From: a virus
Strand: one strand, 5' to 3'
Length of the DNA: 64,000 bases
IMG/VR virus record: IMGVR_UViG_3300021963_000081
Span: 22,280-86,279 of that record
In this document: positions 9,025-20,900 of the stretch, piece by piece
Layout of the letters: each line of letters opens with the position of its first letter
How positions within the stretch are numbered: the first letter of the stretch is position 1
The notes under the pieces: model-generated
What the model saw: the letters and a program-made list of their open reading frames with translations, nothing else
Database searches by the model: none
What the model was told of the DNA's origin: nothing
Translations under genes and position numbers: made by a program

Positions 9025-11091
9025 ATGGCAAATATTGACGCAAAACTTCAAGTTGCTGAACTAGACTTCGATACAATCAAAACAAATTTGAAGGAGTTTA
9101 TGCAGGCTCAGACCGAGTTTAGCGATTACAATTTCGAAGGTTCTGGTTTATCTACGCTTCTAGATGTTCTTGCATATAACACGCATTACATGGGCTACTA
9201 TTTAAATATGGTATCTAATGAAATGTTTATCGATACTGCACTTACTCGTGGTGCAGTGGTATCGCACGCAAAACTTCTTGGTTACACGCCACGTTCTCGC
9301 GTCTCTTCAAAAGCAGCGATCGATCTAACTATCACACCAGTTGCAAACGATTCAAATAGTTCTGTTGTAATCCCTCGTTTTACAAGATTTGTTTCTGAAA
9401 CGAAGGACGGAGTTAATTATATTTTTGTGACTCCTTCTGCTCGTATTGTTTCTAAAAATACAACAACTGGCTTGTTTAATGTAGAAAATCTAGAGATTAA
9501 AGAAGGTCAGCCAGTTACATTTACATACACTTATACATCCGATACAAATCCTAAACAAGTATTTGAACTTCAAGATGTTGGAATTGATACTTCAACTTTA
9601 GTAGTTGCAGTTCAAAAGTCAGCTCAAAACGCAAACTTAGAAACTTACATTCTAGCCGAAGATGCGACTGATGTTGATGAGAATGCACTCGTATATTATC
9701 TCGAAGAAAATAAAAATGGAAGATACCAAATTTATTTTGGTGATGGAGTAATTGGAAAACAATTACAAGATGGAAATATCGTTATCGTTTCTTATGTTGT
9801 TACGACTGGTATTAATGCCAATGGATTAAAATCTTTTAGATTACTCGATAATGTATTAAATGGCTCAACAATTACAGTTACTCTTCGAAGCGAATCTACA
9901 TCTGGTGCACCAGAAGAAACTATCGATCAAATTAAGTTTACTGCGCCAAAATCATATATTGCTCAAAATCGCGCTGTGACAAAGAACGATTATATCGCAC
10001 TTATTAATCGCGATTATCCATACTTCGAAGCAGTGAATGTGTGGGGTGGAGAGGATAATGTTCCTCCTGTTTATGGCAAGGTATTCTTTACGGCTAAACC
10101 ACTTGGTGGTTATGAAATTACTGTAACAGAAATTGAGTATGTAAAGAATAATGTTATTCGTCCATTCTCAGTACTTACTGTGACTCCAGAATACGTTGCT
10201 GCCGACTATAACTATTTAAATCTAGTTGTGGACGTAAACTTCGACCCAACTAAAACAAATAGAACTGGTGAAGAAGTTAAGAGTGTTATTACTGCTGCGA
10301 TTAGAAATTTTGCAAATACAAATCTAGATACTTTTAATAACTCATTTAAAGTTTCTCAGTTGTCTAGAGCAATTGATGACTCTGAGAATTCAATCATGAG
10401 TAATGACATTAAGGTCTATATTGAGAAAAGATTTGCTCCAGACACAACTCGCTCTCAGAGTTATGAGATTAACTTCGGAACAGAACTTCAACAGGGTACA
10501 ACTTTACAGCGCATAACAACAACTCCATCATTTACCTATTTGGATAGTTCGAACATTGATCGTGAGTGTTTTATTGAAGAAGTCTTGCAGTCTTATACAG
10601 GCATTGAAGAAATTGAAGTGACTGCAGCAGGTAGTGGTTATACATCTACACCATCAGTTTATATTGATGGTGATGGAACAGGTGCCGCAGCTCAAGCACT
10701 CATTGTAAACGGAACGCTTCGTAAAGTTATTATTACAAATCCAGGAAGTGGATATACTTCTGCCATTGCTCGAATTGAGGGTGGTGGTGGTGTTAACGCC
10801 ACAGTAAGACCAATTCTTCAGGGTCGTGTGGGTCAGTTAAAGATCTTCACCATTATTAATTCAATTAAGAAAACAGTTGTTGAGAATATCGGAACTGTTG
10901 ACTATAAAACTGGAACTATAACGCTAAACAATTTTTTCCCAACTGCGATCTCAGATCCATTTGGAACGATTGTAATAATAGCCACTCCTGTTAAGAAAAT
11001 ATTCTCTTCCGAAAGAAATAGAATTATTACACTTGATCAGTCAGATCCAGCCGCACTATCAGTAACTGTAAACGCTATTGTCGAGTCATAA
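9025..11091 (+). CDS. gp6: Baseplate wedge subunit gp6
   Basis: ELDFDTIK.NL..F...Q.EFSDYNFEGSGLS.LLDVLAYNTHY, QNRAVT.NDY, WGGEDN.PP.YGKVF. Confidence 0.95.
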   Translation: MANIDAKLQVAELDFDTIKTNLKEFMQAQTEFSDYNFEGSGLSTLLDVLAYNTHYMGYYLNMVSNEMFIDTALTRGAVVSHAKLLGYTPRSRVSSKAAIDLTITPVANDSNSSVVIPRFTRFVSETKDGVNYIFVTPSARIVSKNTTTGLFNVENLEIKEGQPVTFTYTYTSDTNPKQVFELQDVGIDTSTLVVAVQKSAQNANLETYILAEDATDVDENALVYYLEENKNGRYQIYFGDGVIGKQLQDGNIVIVSYVVTTGINANGLKSFRLLDNVLNGSTITVTLRSESTSGAPEETIDQIKFTAPKSYIAQNRAVTKNDYIALINRDYPYFEAVNVWGGEDNVPPVYGKVFFTAKPLGGYEITVTEIEYVKNNVIRPFSVLTVTPEYVAADYNYLNLVVDVNFDPTKTNRTGEEVKSVITAAIRNFANTNLDTFNNSFKVSQLSRAIDDSENSIMSNDIKVYIEKRFAPDTTRSQSYEINFGTELQQGTTLQRITTTPSFTYLDSSNIDRECFIEEVLQSYTGIEEIEVTAAGSGYTSTPSVYIDGDGTGAAAQALIVNGTLRKVIITNPGSGYTSAIARIEGGGGVNATVRPILQGRVGQLKIFTIINSIKKTVVENIGTVDYKTGTITLNNFFPTAISDPFGTIVIIATPVKKIFSSERNRIITLDQSDPAALSVTVNAIVES

Positions 11092-11092
11092 T

Positions 11093-14000
11093 ATGGCAGC
11101 AGCTGAAAAAACTATATCAGCACTTGTTCAGACGCAGTTACCAGACTTCGTCAAAGCAAACCATCCACAATTCAAAAGATTTATTGAATTGTACTATCAA
11201 TGGTTGGAACAAAATGCTGCAGCTGGAATATCTAACACTGCAGGCAATACAATCTATCATGCTATGCAGATTGGTGATTATCGTGACATTGACGAAACCC
11301 CAGATGAGTTTGTTCGTTATTTTAAAGATGAATTGTTACCATATTTCCCAGAGAATCCATCACTCGATATTAAAAAGATTCTCAAAAGTGCAAGAGAATA
11401 TTACAGCAAGAAAGGTAGCGAAGAATCACTCAAGTGGCTCTTTAAGGCACTTTACGATACTGACCTAGAAATCAACTATCCAAAAGAGCAAATTCTTATT
11501 GCTTCTGACGGTAAGTGGAAGAAGCCAAGAGCATTTCGAATTACTGTCGGTGAATCAAACAAGAACGTTGATGTTAATCTTCTAGAAAAGAAACTCGTTG
11601 TCGGTTCGGTTTCAGGCGCAACTTGTATTATTGAGTCGGCAAATCGTACGATCGATGAAACAAATGGTAGAGAAATTATTGAGATTTATATCTCAAACAT
11701 CACAAAATACTTTAATAACGGCGAAGATATTATCGTAAATTATGTCGATGTAAATGGTATCGATCGCGTTTTCCGCGAACGTATCATCGGAACATTGTCG
11801 AATGTTAGAGTTGATTCAAATATTCGCACAGATCCGCGTCAGCGTCGTCGCGGTTTGCTTTATAACGTAGGTGATCCTGTTGTTATTACTGGAGGTCTTG
11901 GTACTTCTGCTGAAGCAAACGATGCAGCAGCACTCGTTGGTAACGTGACGCGTGGATCTATTGAAGCTGTTACTCCAATCTTTTTTGGCTACGGATATAG
12001 AGAACATTATAACACTCAAGTCGTTGTATTAAGAACGTTAGGTGTTGATGATGATGACGCAAATTCATCCACTGATTTGCGCGTCATTGGTTTAAACACG
12101 TCTGCGTGCACATCAAATAGCCAACGAAATTTCTTAGAAACGATTAATTATGATTTAACATCAATCGAGTTCCTTGGAGATACACTCATTGGATCAGCAA
12201 ATTTTGCTCCAATGACTCCAAATAATGTTAATCTTGTTCTCAATGTTACTGAAGAAGATTACACTGATTATTTCGAAAACTTTGAAACTGTTTGGGCAAA
12301 TGGTAACAATCAATTCGACGCATTGTTTGTCGGTAAGGTTGCAACACCAAATGGCAACACACGAATTAGCGGCACGGTAAATGTTTACAGCACCAATGGA
12401 ACGGTTTGGGGAGCAGGAACTCAGTTTTCGTATGAGTTAAAGACTGGTCAAACTCTAAGAGTTGGTGGTGCATATCAAACGATTTCTTCTATTACGAACA
12501 ACGAACATCTTGTTGTAACATCAGCATACTCTTCCACATTAACCAATCAAAATGCTTACAGAATAGGCGTGTTTGCAAATTCAGTCGGTCCTGATGCGAC
12601 TGGTGGACTTCTCATCTATGATGCACAATACTCTGGCACTTTAGCAAACATTTTCTTGGGTTCTGGTTCGCAACTTATTGCAGCAAATAGCGGAAAGACT
12701 TGGAACTATAATTCTATAACTAGTTCTTCTCTTAATGCAAACGCAAATGCAATGATTATCCAGTGTCTAGATTTCACATCAGTTAACACTGGCGGAATCG
12801 CTGCAATTTCAGTGATTGATGGTGGCTACGGATTCCGCGCTGAACCATCATTAGACATTACATCGCATTATGATACGAATTGGTCAGAAGATTATGATTA
12901 TAATAATTCAACAGAGAAACAAGACAAATTAGATACTTGGCAAACATTTAAAGATCTTGGATTAATTGCTCACGTTTATATCGATAGCCCAGGAACAAAC
13001 TATTCAGCTGGCGACGGATTAGTTTTTGTTGGTAGAGGATATGGGGCAAACGGATATGTGCAGTCTGTAAATGCTACTGGCGCCATTCAGTCTATTATTC
13101 TCGACAATCGCGGCGAAGGGTATCTTGCAAGACCAGAAGTTTATGTGGAAAGAGCAACAAAAACATATCAAACTTTGACAGGTACTGCAACTGTTAATAA
13201 TGAAAGCAGAATAGTTGTTGGTTCTGGTACTTCTTTCTTAACTGCTGTGTCTCCAAGAAACATAATTAAAATCAACGATGAGATTCGTCGCGTTACGACG
13301 ATCACGAATTCAACTCACTTACTAGTAAATACTGCATTTACTGCAAATGCAACATCACAAACAATTTATGAGCAAGATGGAGAAGAAGCCACACTCACTG
13401 GATATTTGTTTGGCGATGGATTTGTTGAGACAATAGACACCTCTGCTATTGGTCGTGTTCAAGATATTCGACTACTCTATCGTGGTTATGATTATGTCAG
13501 CACACCAACGGTTTCTCTCAAGGTTGTGGATACAGTCGTCAGCCCAATTCCAGATTCTGAGACTCTATACGAACAAGAATACATCTACCAGGGAACTTCA
13601 CTTCAAACATCTACGTTTAGAGCAAATGTGAAGTCATATAATCGTACATCAAACCTTCTTCGTTTGTATAATTACTCTGGAACAATTGACACCACGCAGT
13701 TATTGAAGACTGCAAACAATGTTCTTATCAGCGTTGATACTGGTGAAAGAGTTCCAGTTCCTGCTCGCGGAATATTAGTTGGAACTGGACCGTCAACGTT
13801 CTATCCACAATCAGTCGCTGATCTTCCAAATCCAATGTATTACGGTAATGGTCGCGCGCGAGCCAATGCTCAATTTGCTAATGGTCTAATTGAATTCAAT
13901 GGGTTCTTCTTAAACACAGATGGATTCCCAAGTGCTGATAAGGTTTTGCAAGACGATACGATTTATCACAACTTCTCATACATCATCCAAGCTGAAAAAG

Positions 14001-15928
14001 ATCTAATCGAATATGAAACTACACTAAAGAACATTTCACATCCAGCTGGTCTCATACTTTCTGCAAAGAGAATTGTTTTAAGTGGCGATAATATGGGCGT
14101 TGACACTAAATCGAACGCTGACGTATTCTTGTCAAAATACGATAGTTCTAGAGTCGGTGTACTAAATTCTCGTTCAAATGTAATCACTGGATACGGAACC
14201 GATTTCACGAATAGTATTGGTGGCGGTTTAGCCAACACCAAAGTCAACGTTGGTGACTTGTTTATTCTAAGTTATAGTGGTGCGTTCTCTGAAAATTCTA
14301 TTGCAAATGATAGTTCACTTAGAACTCAAACGAAACTTATTACCGCAGTCAATTCAAACACTGAACTTGCACTTGAAAGTAATTTCATTATTACTGGTCA
14401 AGGTCGTATGAACAGTAACGTAGCATATGCATCGATTACAGGAACTGTTGCAACAAATCCTGCAGTAACTGGAACAGTAACAATTAATCCTGCTCTCACA
14501 GGAAATGTTAACGTAAATCCATACTTGACAGGAACGGTAAATGTTCTAACGTCGAATGTGGTTGTGGGTAATAATACCATATTCACAACTGAACTTGTTG
14601 CAAACGACATTATCACGATTAATAATCAAACAAAACGTGTGACGTCGATTACTAACAATCAACATCTTTTTGTTAATTCAGTATTCTCACAGTCAGGTAC
14701 AGGTAATACAGCAGTTCTTTCCTCTGCTGTTATCAGTGGTAACGGTACATACTTTATCGGAAACTTAACTATTGGTGATCTTGTTACTGTAAATAACGAA
14801 ATTAGATCTGTTGTTCTCGTCGATAGCAATACTTCAGTAGAAGTTAATGCAGCATTCACATATCATGCAGAAACAACACCAATCTATACTCAATCAAACG
14901 TTGTAATTGGATCAGGAACAAACTTTGATCCACAAATTAACGTTGGTGATATTATCACAATCAATAATGAAATTCGTCGAGTAACAGTTCGTGCAAATGA
15001 TACCTATCTCGAAACGAATACCAAATTTACAAATGCTGGAAACACATTACCGCTTTATAAAGCAAATTCAATCATTCTAGGTTCGGGAACTACATTTACA
15101 ACACAACTTGCCGCGAATGATGTAATTAAAGTCAATAACGAAATTAGAGAAGTTATTGCAATCACTGATAACACGCATCTCACAGTCAATACTCCATTCA
15201 CATATCGCGAAAGCGGAAATGCAGTGGTGAAACTATCCAATACTGTGTTTACGATTGCAGGAAATGTTAATACTCTTGCGCAAATGATTGTGGCTGGAGA
15301 TAATGTGACCTTTAATATCGCAACCTCGAATGTGTATAAAGCACAAACTGGTAGCGTCCAAGTCTTTACTCAGAACGGTAAGATTGTTGGAACCTCAACT
15401 AACTTTAGTACTGGTTTGCTCGTGGGCGACTTGATTAAGGTGAATAACGAAATTAAACAAATTGTCAATATCTCTAGCGCGACTGTTATGAATGTAAACT
15501 CTTCATTCTTGAACGAAGCGACTGGAAATCTCCTTTACAAGAGAGCGACCACACAAAATGCGAACGTCATTTCAGTTGGATCAAAGACTATTACAACAAA
15601 TGTCGCACTTCAAGCGAATACTTCGGGTCTTGTGTATTTGATTGTGCCAAACTATAATAAACCAGTCACTATCGCTGGAACTGTTAATGCCAGCGGAATT
15701 TATGTAACAGGAAACACCACAACACCAAATGTTACCTATTTTGTGGGTAACGTTGCGATTGGAATGAATATTACTGTCAATAATGAAATTCGACAGGTTG
15801 TTGCAATTGATAACAACGCTAACCTAACTGTAAACCTAGCATTCACGAATGCAGCAGGAGATAAATACCTCTATGCAGTTGAATCATATGACTATAGAGT
15901 TCTAACTCTCACCAAAGATCTCGGATAA
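11093..15928 (+). CDS. gp7: Baseplate wedge initiator gp7-like with many inserted beta-rich repeat domains
   Basis: QLPDFV...HP.F..F...YY.WLE, Y..KGSEES.K.LF..LY, SDGKW, LQD..YHNFSY.I, HPAG; follows gp6; ATG 11093 chosen. Confidence 0.8.
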   Translation: MAAAEKTISALVQTQLPDFVKANHPQFKRFIELYYQWLEQNAAAGISNTAGNTIYHAMQIGDYRDIDETPDEFVRYFKDELLPYFPENPSLDIKKILKSAREYYSKKGSEESLKWLFKALYDTDLEINYPKEQILIASDGKWKKPRAFRITVGESNKNVDVNLLEKKLVVGSVSGATCIIESANRTIDETNGREIIEIYISNITKYFNNGEDIIVNYVDVNGIDRVFRERIIGTLSNVRVDSNIRTDPRQRRRGLLYNVGDPVVITGGLGTSAEANDAAALVGNVTRGSIEAVTPIFFGYGYREHYNTQVVVLRTLGVDDDDANSSTDLRVIGLNTSACTSNSQRNFLETINYDLTSIEFLGDTLIGSANFAPMTPNNVNLVLNVTEEDYTDYFENFETVWANGNNQFDALFVGKVATPNGNTRISGTVNVYSTNGTVWGAGTQFSYELKTGQTLRVGGAYQTISSITNNEHLVVTSAYSSTLTNQNAYRIGVFANSVGPDATGGLLIYDAQYSGTLANIFLGSGSQLIAANSGKTWNYNSITSSSLNANANAMIIQCLDFTSVNTGGIAAISVIDGGYGFRAEPSLDITSHYDTNWSEDYDYNNSTEKQDKLDTWQTFKDLGLIAHVYIDSPGTNYSAGDGLVFVGRGYGANGYVQSVNATGAIQSIILDNRGEGYLARPEVYVERATKTYQTLTGTATVNNESRIVVGSGTSFLTAVSPRNIIKINDEIRRVTTITNSTHLLVNTAFTANATSQTIYEQDGEEATLTGYLFGDGFVETIDTSAIGRVQDIRLLYRGYDYVSTPTVSLKVVDTVVSPIPDSETLYEQEYIYQGTSLQTSTFRANVKSYNRTSNLLRLYNYSGTIDTTQLLKTANNVLISVDTGERVPVPARGILVGTGPSTFYPQSVADLPNPMYYGNGRARANAQFANGLIEFNGFFLNTDGFPSADKVLQDDTIYHNFSYIIQAEKDLIEYETTLKNISHPAGLILSAKRIVLSGDNMGVDTKSNADVFLSKYDSSRVGVLNSRSNVITGYGTDFTNSIGGGLANTKVNVGDLFILSYSGAFSENSIANDSSLRTQTKLITAVNSNTELALESNFIITGQGRMNSNVAYASITGTVATNPAVTGTVTINPALTGNVNVNPYLTGTVNVLTSNVVVGNNTIFTTELVANDIITINNQTKRVTSITNNQHLFVNSVFSQSGTGNTAVLSSAVISGNGTYFIGNLTIGDLVTVNNEIRSVVLVDSNTSVEVNAAFTYHAETTPIYTQSNVVIGSGTNFDPQINVGDIITINNEIRRVTVRANDTYLETNTKFTNAGNTLPLYKANSIILGSGTTFTTQLAANDVIKVNNEIREVIAITDNTHLTVNTPFTYRESGNAVVKLSNTVFTIAGNVNTLAQMIVAGDNVTFNIATSNVYKAQTGSVQVFTQNGKIVGTSTNFSTGLLVGDLIKVNNEIKQIVNISSATVMNVNSSFLNEATGNLLYKRATTQNANVISVGSKTITTNVALQANTSGLVYLIVPNYNKPVTIAGTVNASGIYVTGNTTTPNVTYFVGNVAIGMNITVNNEIRQVVAIDNNANLTVNLAFTNAAGDKYLYAVESYDYRVLTLTKDLG

Positions 15929-15931
15929 AAA

Positions 15932-17947
15932 ATGAAAGCATCTATATCTCCATTTTTCGGTAAATTTATTGCTGAGGACGTGAAAGATCACTTTTCAGTA
16001 GACTCAAATGCATATATCGGAATCGGTCGTTCTTTAGACTTTGGTTCTTCAGTCACGGATGTCGATGAAGTTGTATTTTCAACAGTTGATGAGAACTCAA
16101 TCTACAGAAACTTAATCGGGTTAAAAAAGATTCAGCCAAGCGATATGCAGCTCGTCGTTGCTCGCGTAGACTGGACTTCTGGCATCTCATATGATCAATA
16201 TGAAGACCATATCAATATCTTCACATACACTGATGTTAATGCTATTGGAACTGCAAACGCTAACGCTAATACAACTCTCGCAGGAACGGCTAACATCGCA
16301 GCCTCAAATGTCGCTATTGGAAATGGAACATCATTCACGAATTATATCTTTCCTGGAGATCAAATCGCTGTAAACTTGGCAGTTAAGACGGTCGTTTCGG
16401 TAACAAATAATACACATTTGATTGTCAATAGTGCATATGCAAATACTAATACAGGCGGATCAGTCGTATTAGTTCGAAATAATAAGACTGTTGTTGCTAA
16501 TTCCGCTGACTTTAGTGCGCGCACCGTTGGCGATGTTATTAGGATTAATACAGATGACAGAGAAATCGTAGCCATTCGAAGCAGCAAAGTCATTTCTCTC
16601 AACTCTGGGCTTACTTACTCCAATTCCAATATTAGTGTCTCAACAGTTTCAAACACATATCCTCTTTACGCAAATAATTTCTATGTAAGAAATAGTCGCG
16701 ATCAAGTGTTTAAGTGTCTTTATGATAACAACGATGCTGTTTCTACTATAGAACCAACCATCGACATTGATGGTCAGCTGCCAGAAAGTCCATTTATTCA
16801 AACTGGCGACGGTTATAAGTGGAAATACATGTACACTATTCCAGCAGGTTTAAAGCAAAAATTCTTTAATACTAAATGGATGCCTGTTCTTACAGATCAA
16901 GCTGTTGTGGCTGGAACTACGCAGGGCGCGATTGATATTATTGAAGTGCTTTGGGGTGGTTCAGGTCATATCGACGGCGGCAATTCTAACACTGCTCGTA
17001 TCCTCGAGATTACTGGAGCAGACGGCGCGAATGCAAATCTTGTCGCGACCGTTTCTGGTGGTGTTATCGCTGGAGTAACGATTCTCAACGGTGGCAACAA
17101 TTATACTCTTGGAACTGTTACTGTTACAGATACGGATAAACTAGGTGCTGTGACTCTTCCTGGAACGGTGAACGTCACGGGAACTACGGTGTATGCAAAT
17201 ACCGCAAACAATCCATATTTTGTGGGTAATGTCTTTGTAAACGATATCGTCACAATTAATGGCGAGAGCAGAAATGTGGTTACTGTATCTACCACTCAAC
17301 TCTCCCTAAATGCGGCTGTTAATACACCTACGAACACACAAATCGCAACGATCGTACGATCAAATGCTGCTTTTAATATTCAGTTCTCTCCATCCTCTGG
17401 TGGGCATGGATCTAATCCTCCAGAAGAACTCGGCGCTCACACTGTTATGATCTCAACAGAGTTGGTTCAAACTGAGAACGAGACGATTCCTGTAAGCCAG
17501 GTTGCTCAATTATTTGACTTCAATCAGGTCTCGATTATTCAAGATCCACTGTATCAATATGCTAATAATACAACTTATTATGCAAATGGTAACAATCTTC
17601 GCGCGACGACAAGACTATTCGTTTCTGACCCTGGAACATCTAATTTCGTCCAAGACGAAACTGTATTTGTTGGTTCTACGGTAGACGATGCAAATACAAC
17701 AGGGGTTGCGAACGTCGCTCACTGGGATCCGAACGATAACTATCTGTATATAAATAATATCACTGGTGTATTTAATGTGCAGGATCCAGTTAAGGGGTTA
17801 TCTTCAGGGGTAACAGTTCCTATTTTAGAGATCGCAAATTCTGAGATTAAGCCATTTAGTGGAACAATGTTGTATACAGAAAACCGTAAAAACGTTGTTC
17901 GATTAGACAATCAAATAGATCAGATTAAGATCGTTCTATCATTCTAG
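15932..17947 (+). CDS. gp8: Baseplate wedge subunit gp8
   Basis: R.DWTSG..YDQY, NFYV.NS..QVFKCL.N, T.DGYKWKYMY.I, GHGSNP.EELG, LY.ENR....R...Q...IKIVL.F. Confidence 0.9.
   Translation: MKASISPFFGKFIAEDVKDHFSVDSNAYIGIGRSLDFGSSVTDVDEVVFSTVDENSIYRNLIGLKKIQPSDMQLVVARVDWTSGISYDQYEDHINIFTYTDVNAIGTANANANTTLAGTANIAASNVAIGNGTSFTNYIFPGDQIAVNLAVKTVVSVTNNTHLIVNSAYANTNTGGSVVLVRNNKTVVANSADFSARTVGDVIRINTDDREIVAIRSSKVISLNSGLTYSNSNISVSTVSNTYPLYANNFYVRNSRDQVFKCLYDNNDAVSTIEPTIDIDGQLPESPFIQTGDGYKWKYMYTIPAGLKQKFFNTKWMPVLTDQAVVAGTTQGAIDIIEVLWGGSGHIDGGNSNTARILEITGADGANANLVATVSGGVIAGVTILNGGNNYTLGTVTVTDTDKLGAVTLPGTVNVTGTTVYANTANNPYFVGNVFVNDIVTINGESRNVVTVSTTQLSLNAAVNTPTNTQIATIVRSNAAFNIQFSPSSGGHGSNPPEELGAHTVMISTELVQTENETIPVSQVAQLFDFNQVSIIQDPLYQYANNTTYYANGNNLRATTRLFVSDPGTSNFVQDETVFVGSTVDDANTTGVANVAHWDPNDNYLYINNITGVFNVQDPVKGLSSGVTVPILEIANSEIKPFSGTMLYTENRKNVVRLDNQIDQIKIVLSF
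17749..17756 (+). promoter_or_regulatory. Possible late promoter TATAAATA upstream of the VrlC-like gene
   Basis: Exact consensus within the 3' end of gp8. Confidence 0.35.
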
Positions 17948-17957
17948 GTAAAAAGAC

Positions 17958-20900
17958 ATGGAATTTAATATTGATCCATATTATGATGATTTTGAGGATA
18001 ATGCGAAAAATAATAATTACATGCGCATTCTCTTCAAGCCAGGAAAAGCAGTCCAGGCTCGTGAATTAACTCAAATTCAATCTATTCTGCAGAATCAGAT
18101 TAAGCAATTTGGCGACCATGTTTTCCAGGATGGCTCCCCAGTTATCGGTGGCAATCTAACTCTCGACAATAAAGTTCGTCACGTTAAACTTCTTGAATCT
18201 TACAATAACGTTGATATTGAAATCGATGATTTTGATCGCAAGGTTGTTCGCAATACATCAGGTTCTGTGCAAGCAAAAGTTCTAGCAACTTACTTCCCAA
18301 CGGATGGTGTCCCTACTCTTATCGTAAAATACCTCACTGGACTTGAGTTCCAAGATGGCGACGTAATTAAAATTGCTGGAACTACAACTCAAGCCCAATT
18401 AATTGCATCCAATGCCAGTGGACAAGCAACTGTTGTTTCTATCAACGATGGTGTTTTCTATGTTGATGGATTCTTCGTTCAGGTTTCTGATCAGACTGTT
18501 GTTGCTCAGGCTTATGGCGTAAATGCAAACGTAAAGGTTGGTCTTGAAATTACTGATACAATCGTAGACAGTGAAATTGACACCACACTTCTAGATCCAG
18601 CACAAGGATCGTTCAACTATCAAGCTCCAGGTGGTGATCGTTATCAATTCAATTTAACGCTCTCAACTCGCCCTCTTGATTCTATCGTCGACGAAGCGCA
18701 GTTCTTTGAACTAATGCGTCTTGAAAATGGAATCATTACAAAACAAGTCAAGTACCCAGTTTACGCTGAACTCGAAAAAACTCTTGCTCGCCGCACGTTC
18801 GATGAATCTGGCGATTATACAGTTCGCCCATTCCGCGCAACAGTTCTAGATGGAACTGATGCAAATAACTATACTCTTGCCATTGAGCCAGGTAAGGCAT
18901 ACGTCAAAGGCTTTGAATTTGAAACGCTCGGCACAATCAAAATCGATGTTGAAAAGCCAAGAAGCGCAGCAGACGTAAAACAATTATCAGATATTGATGT
19001 TGATACATCATCAGGAAATTACTTGTATGTAACGTCTGTGGTATCACCTGGACAGGGCAATGCGTTTATCAACATTGCATCACTGGAAAAGTTGGATATT
19101 CACTGCGGACTATCATCACAAATCAATGTTGGTTTGGGTAGTTCTGCCGCAAATGGTTTCATTTACCAGAATACTAAGATTGGTACAGCAAGAGTTCGTG
19201 ACTTTATTCGTGATGATAATAGCACTGAATCTATTGTTGATGGAAATGGTGTTTATCGAATTTATCTAACTGATGTGAACATTACTCCAAAAGTTCTGAA
19301 GGCTTCTGGAACTCACACATCAACAACTCTAAACGTGGCTTCTGGGCAATTCTTACCGCGCACGAATGGATTATACACAAACGTCTCAATAACTATTCTT
19401 CCAATTAGATTAGATGCTGTTGAGAATGTTTATGCAACCGCTCTTGGAAATACTTTTACAGTCAACGCTAACAACAACGGCACATTTGCTGGTAAGGTAA
19501 GTGTTGGTGATATTGTCCGAGTTGGTAACTTTGCTAAAGAAGTTACCGCTGTAGCCACAGGTAATTTGACAGTTAACTCAGCGTTCGCATATACTATGGC
19601 GAATTCCTCATCAAATCCTGTCGTTGTTTATAAGCAGACAAATTATTCTCAAAATGTTAGCGAACAAACACGCACTATCGCAAATTCTTGGTGGCAAGCA
19701 AACTATGCAACACTTCAAGTAGATCGTGCATTTGATAATGATGGCGTTCCAGATAGCAACACAGTCTTTCAATTAAACTTTGGCGTTGATGACGCAAAAT
19801 GTTTAGTTTCTGGTGTTGCAGTAGCAAACTCATTGCTTGCGAACGTAAACGTAGCAATGAATATTGCTCTCGATTCTAAGTTGATCACTGGCGACACTTA
19901 TCTATCAGACCCTCAAGATAAAATCTTCATCTATCAGCTTCCTGGTTCATTCGTAAGAAGAACCTCAATCAATAATGCTGATTATGAATATGATAAGATG
20001 GTGATGAATAAGACGGTTTCTGGTACTCCAGGCGTCTTCGTGATTGGATCTGGTACTCTTGCGGCTGCAGAGTCTATTCCATGGTCTGGCACAACGAGCT
20101 CAATTAGAGATAATCTAGTTGTTTATGTTCGAGACAAGGGTGCTTCCTCAACACCAAACGGATCATTGCTCAATCTAACCTCAGCAAACGTAACAGTCAC
20201 ATCAAATCAGATTACGATCGATACTGGCGACGCTGCGCTTCAGGCAATTGATGCTGTTGTTCGTGTTAAATTGAATGATACAGAAGATCTAATTCGCACA
20301 AAAACTTATTATGCTGATTCATCATTCAGTGCTGATCCGTTTACATATCCAACATCAAATGCGACAGCAAATGTTGAGGTGTCGTTAACTAACCTCGGAC
20401 ATGTTGCATCACTTAATCTTGCAAACGGTTTGATTTGGCTCTCAAATCCATCGTTCAATGCTGTACGTCCTGGAGATTCAATTTCTCTATTCCTCCCAGA
20501 CGTTGTGAAGGTTAACAAAGTTCTAATGGGTAATACAACACATTATCCTGATTCGAATAATGTTGAAGATATTACAGAAAGATTCGTATTTGACTATGGT
20601 CAGCGCGACGACAAATATGATCACGCAAGAATTATTCTAAAACAGGGTTATGGTTCTCCTTCTGGAAAACTGCTCGTCCACGTTGACTTCTATCATCATA
20701 TTTTCTCAACTGTTAATAAACTATCCTTCTTTGGTCCATCATCATACAGTCAAGATCAATATGATGACAACTTAATTCCTGTTTATGCTGCACAAATAAA
20801 CGGCAGAATATACAATCTCCGTGATTGTCTAGACTTCCGTCCATCAAGACCAATTGGAGATGTGTCTGACAGTTTCAATGTCCCAAATATTCCAAATCCA

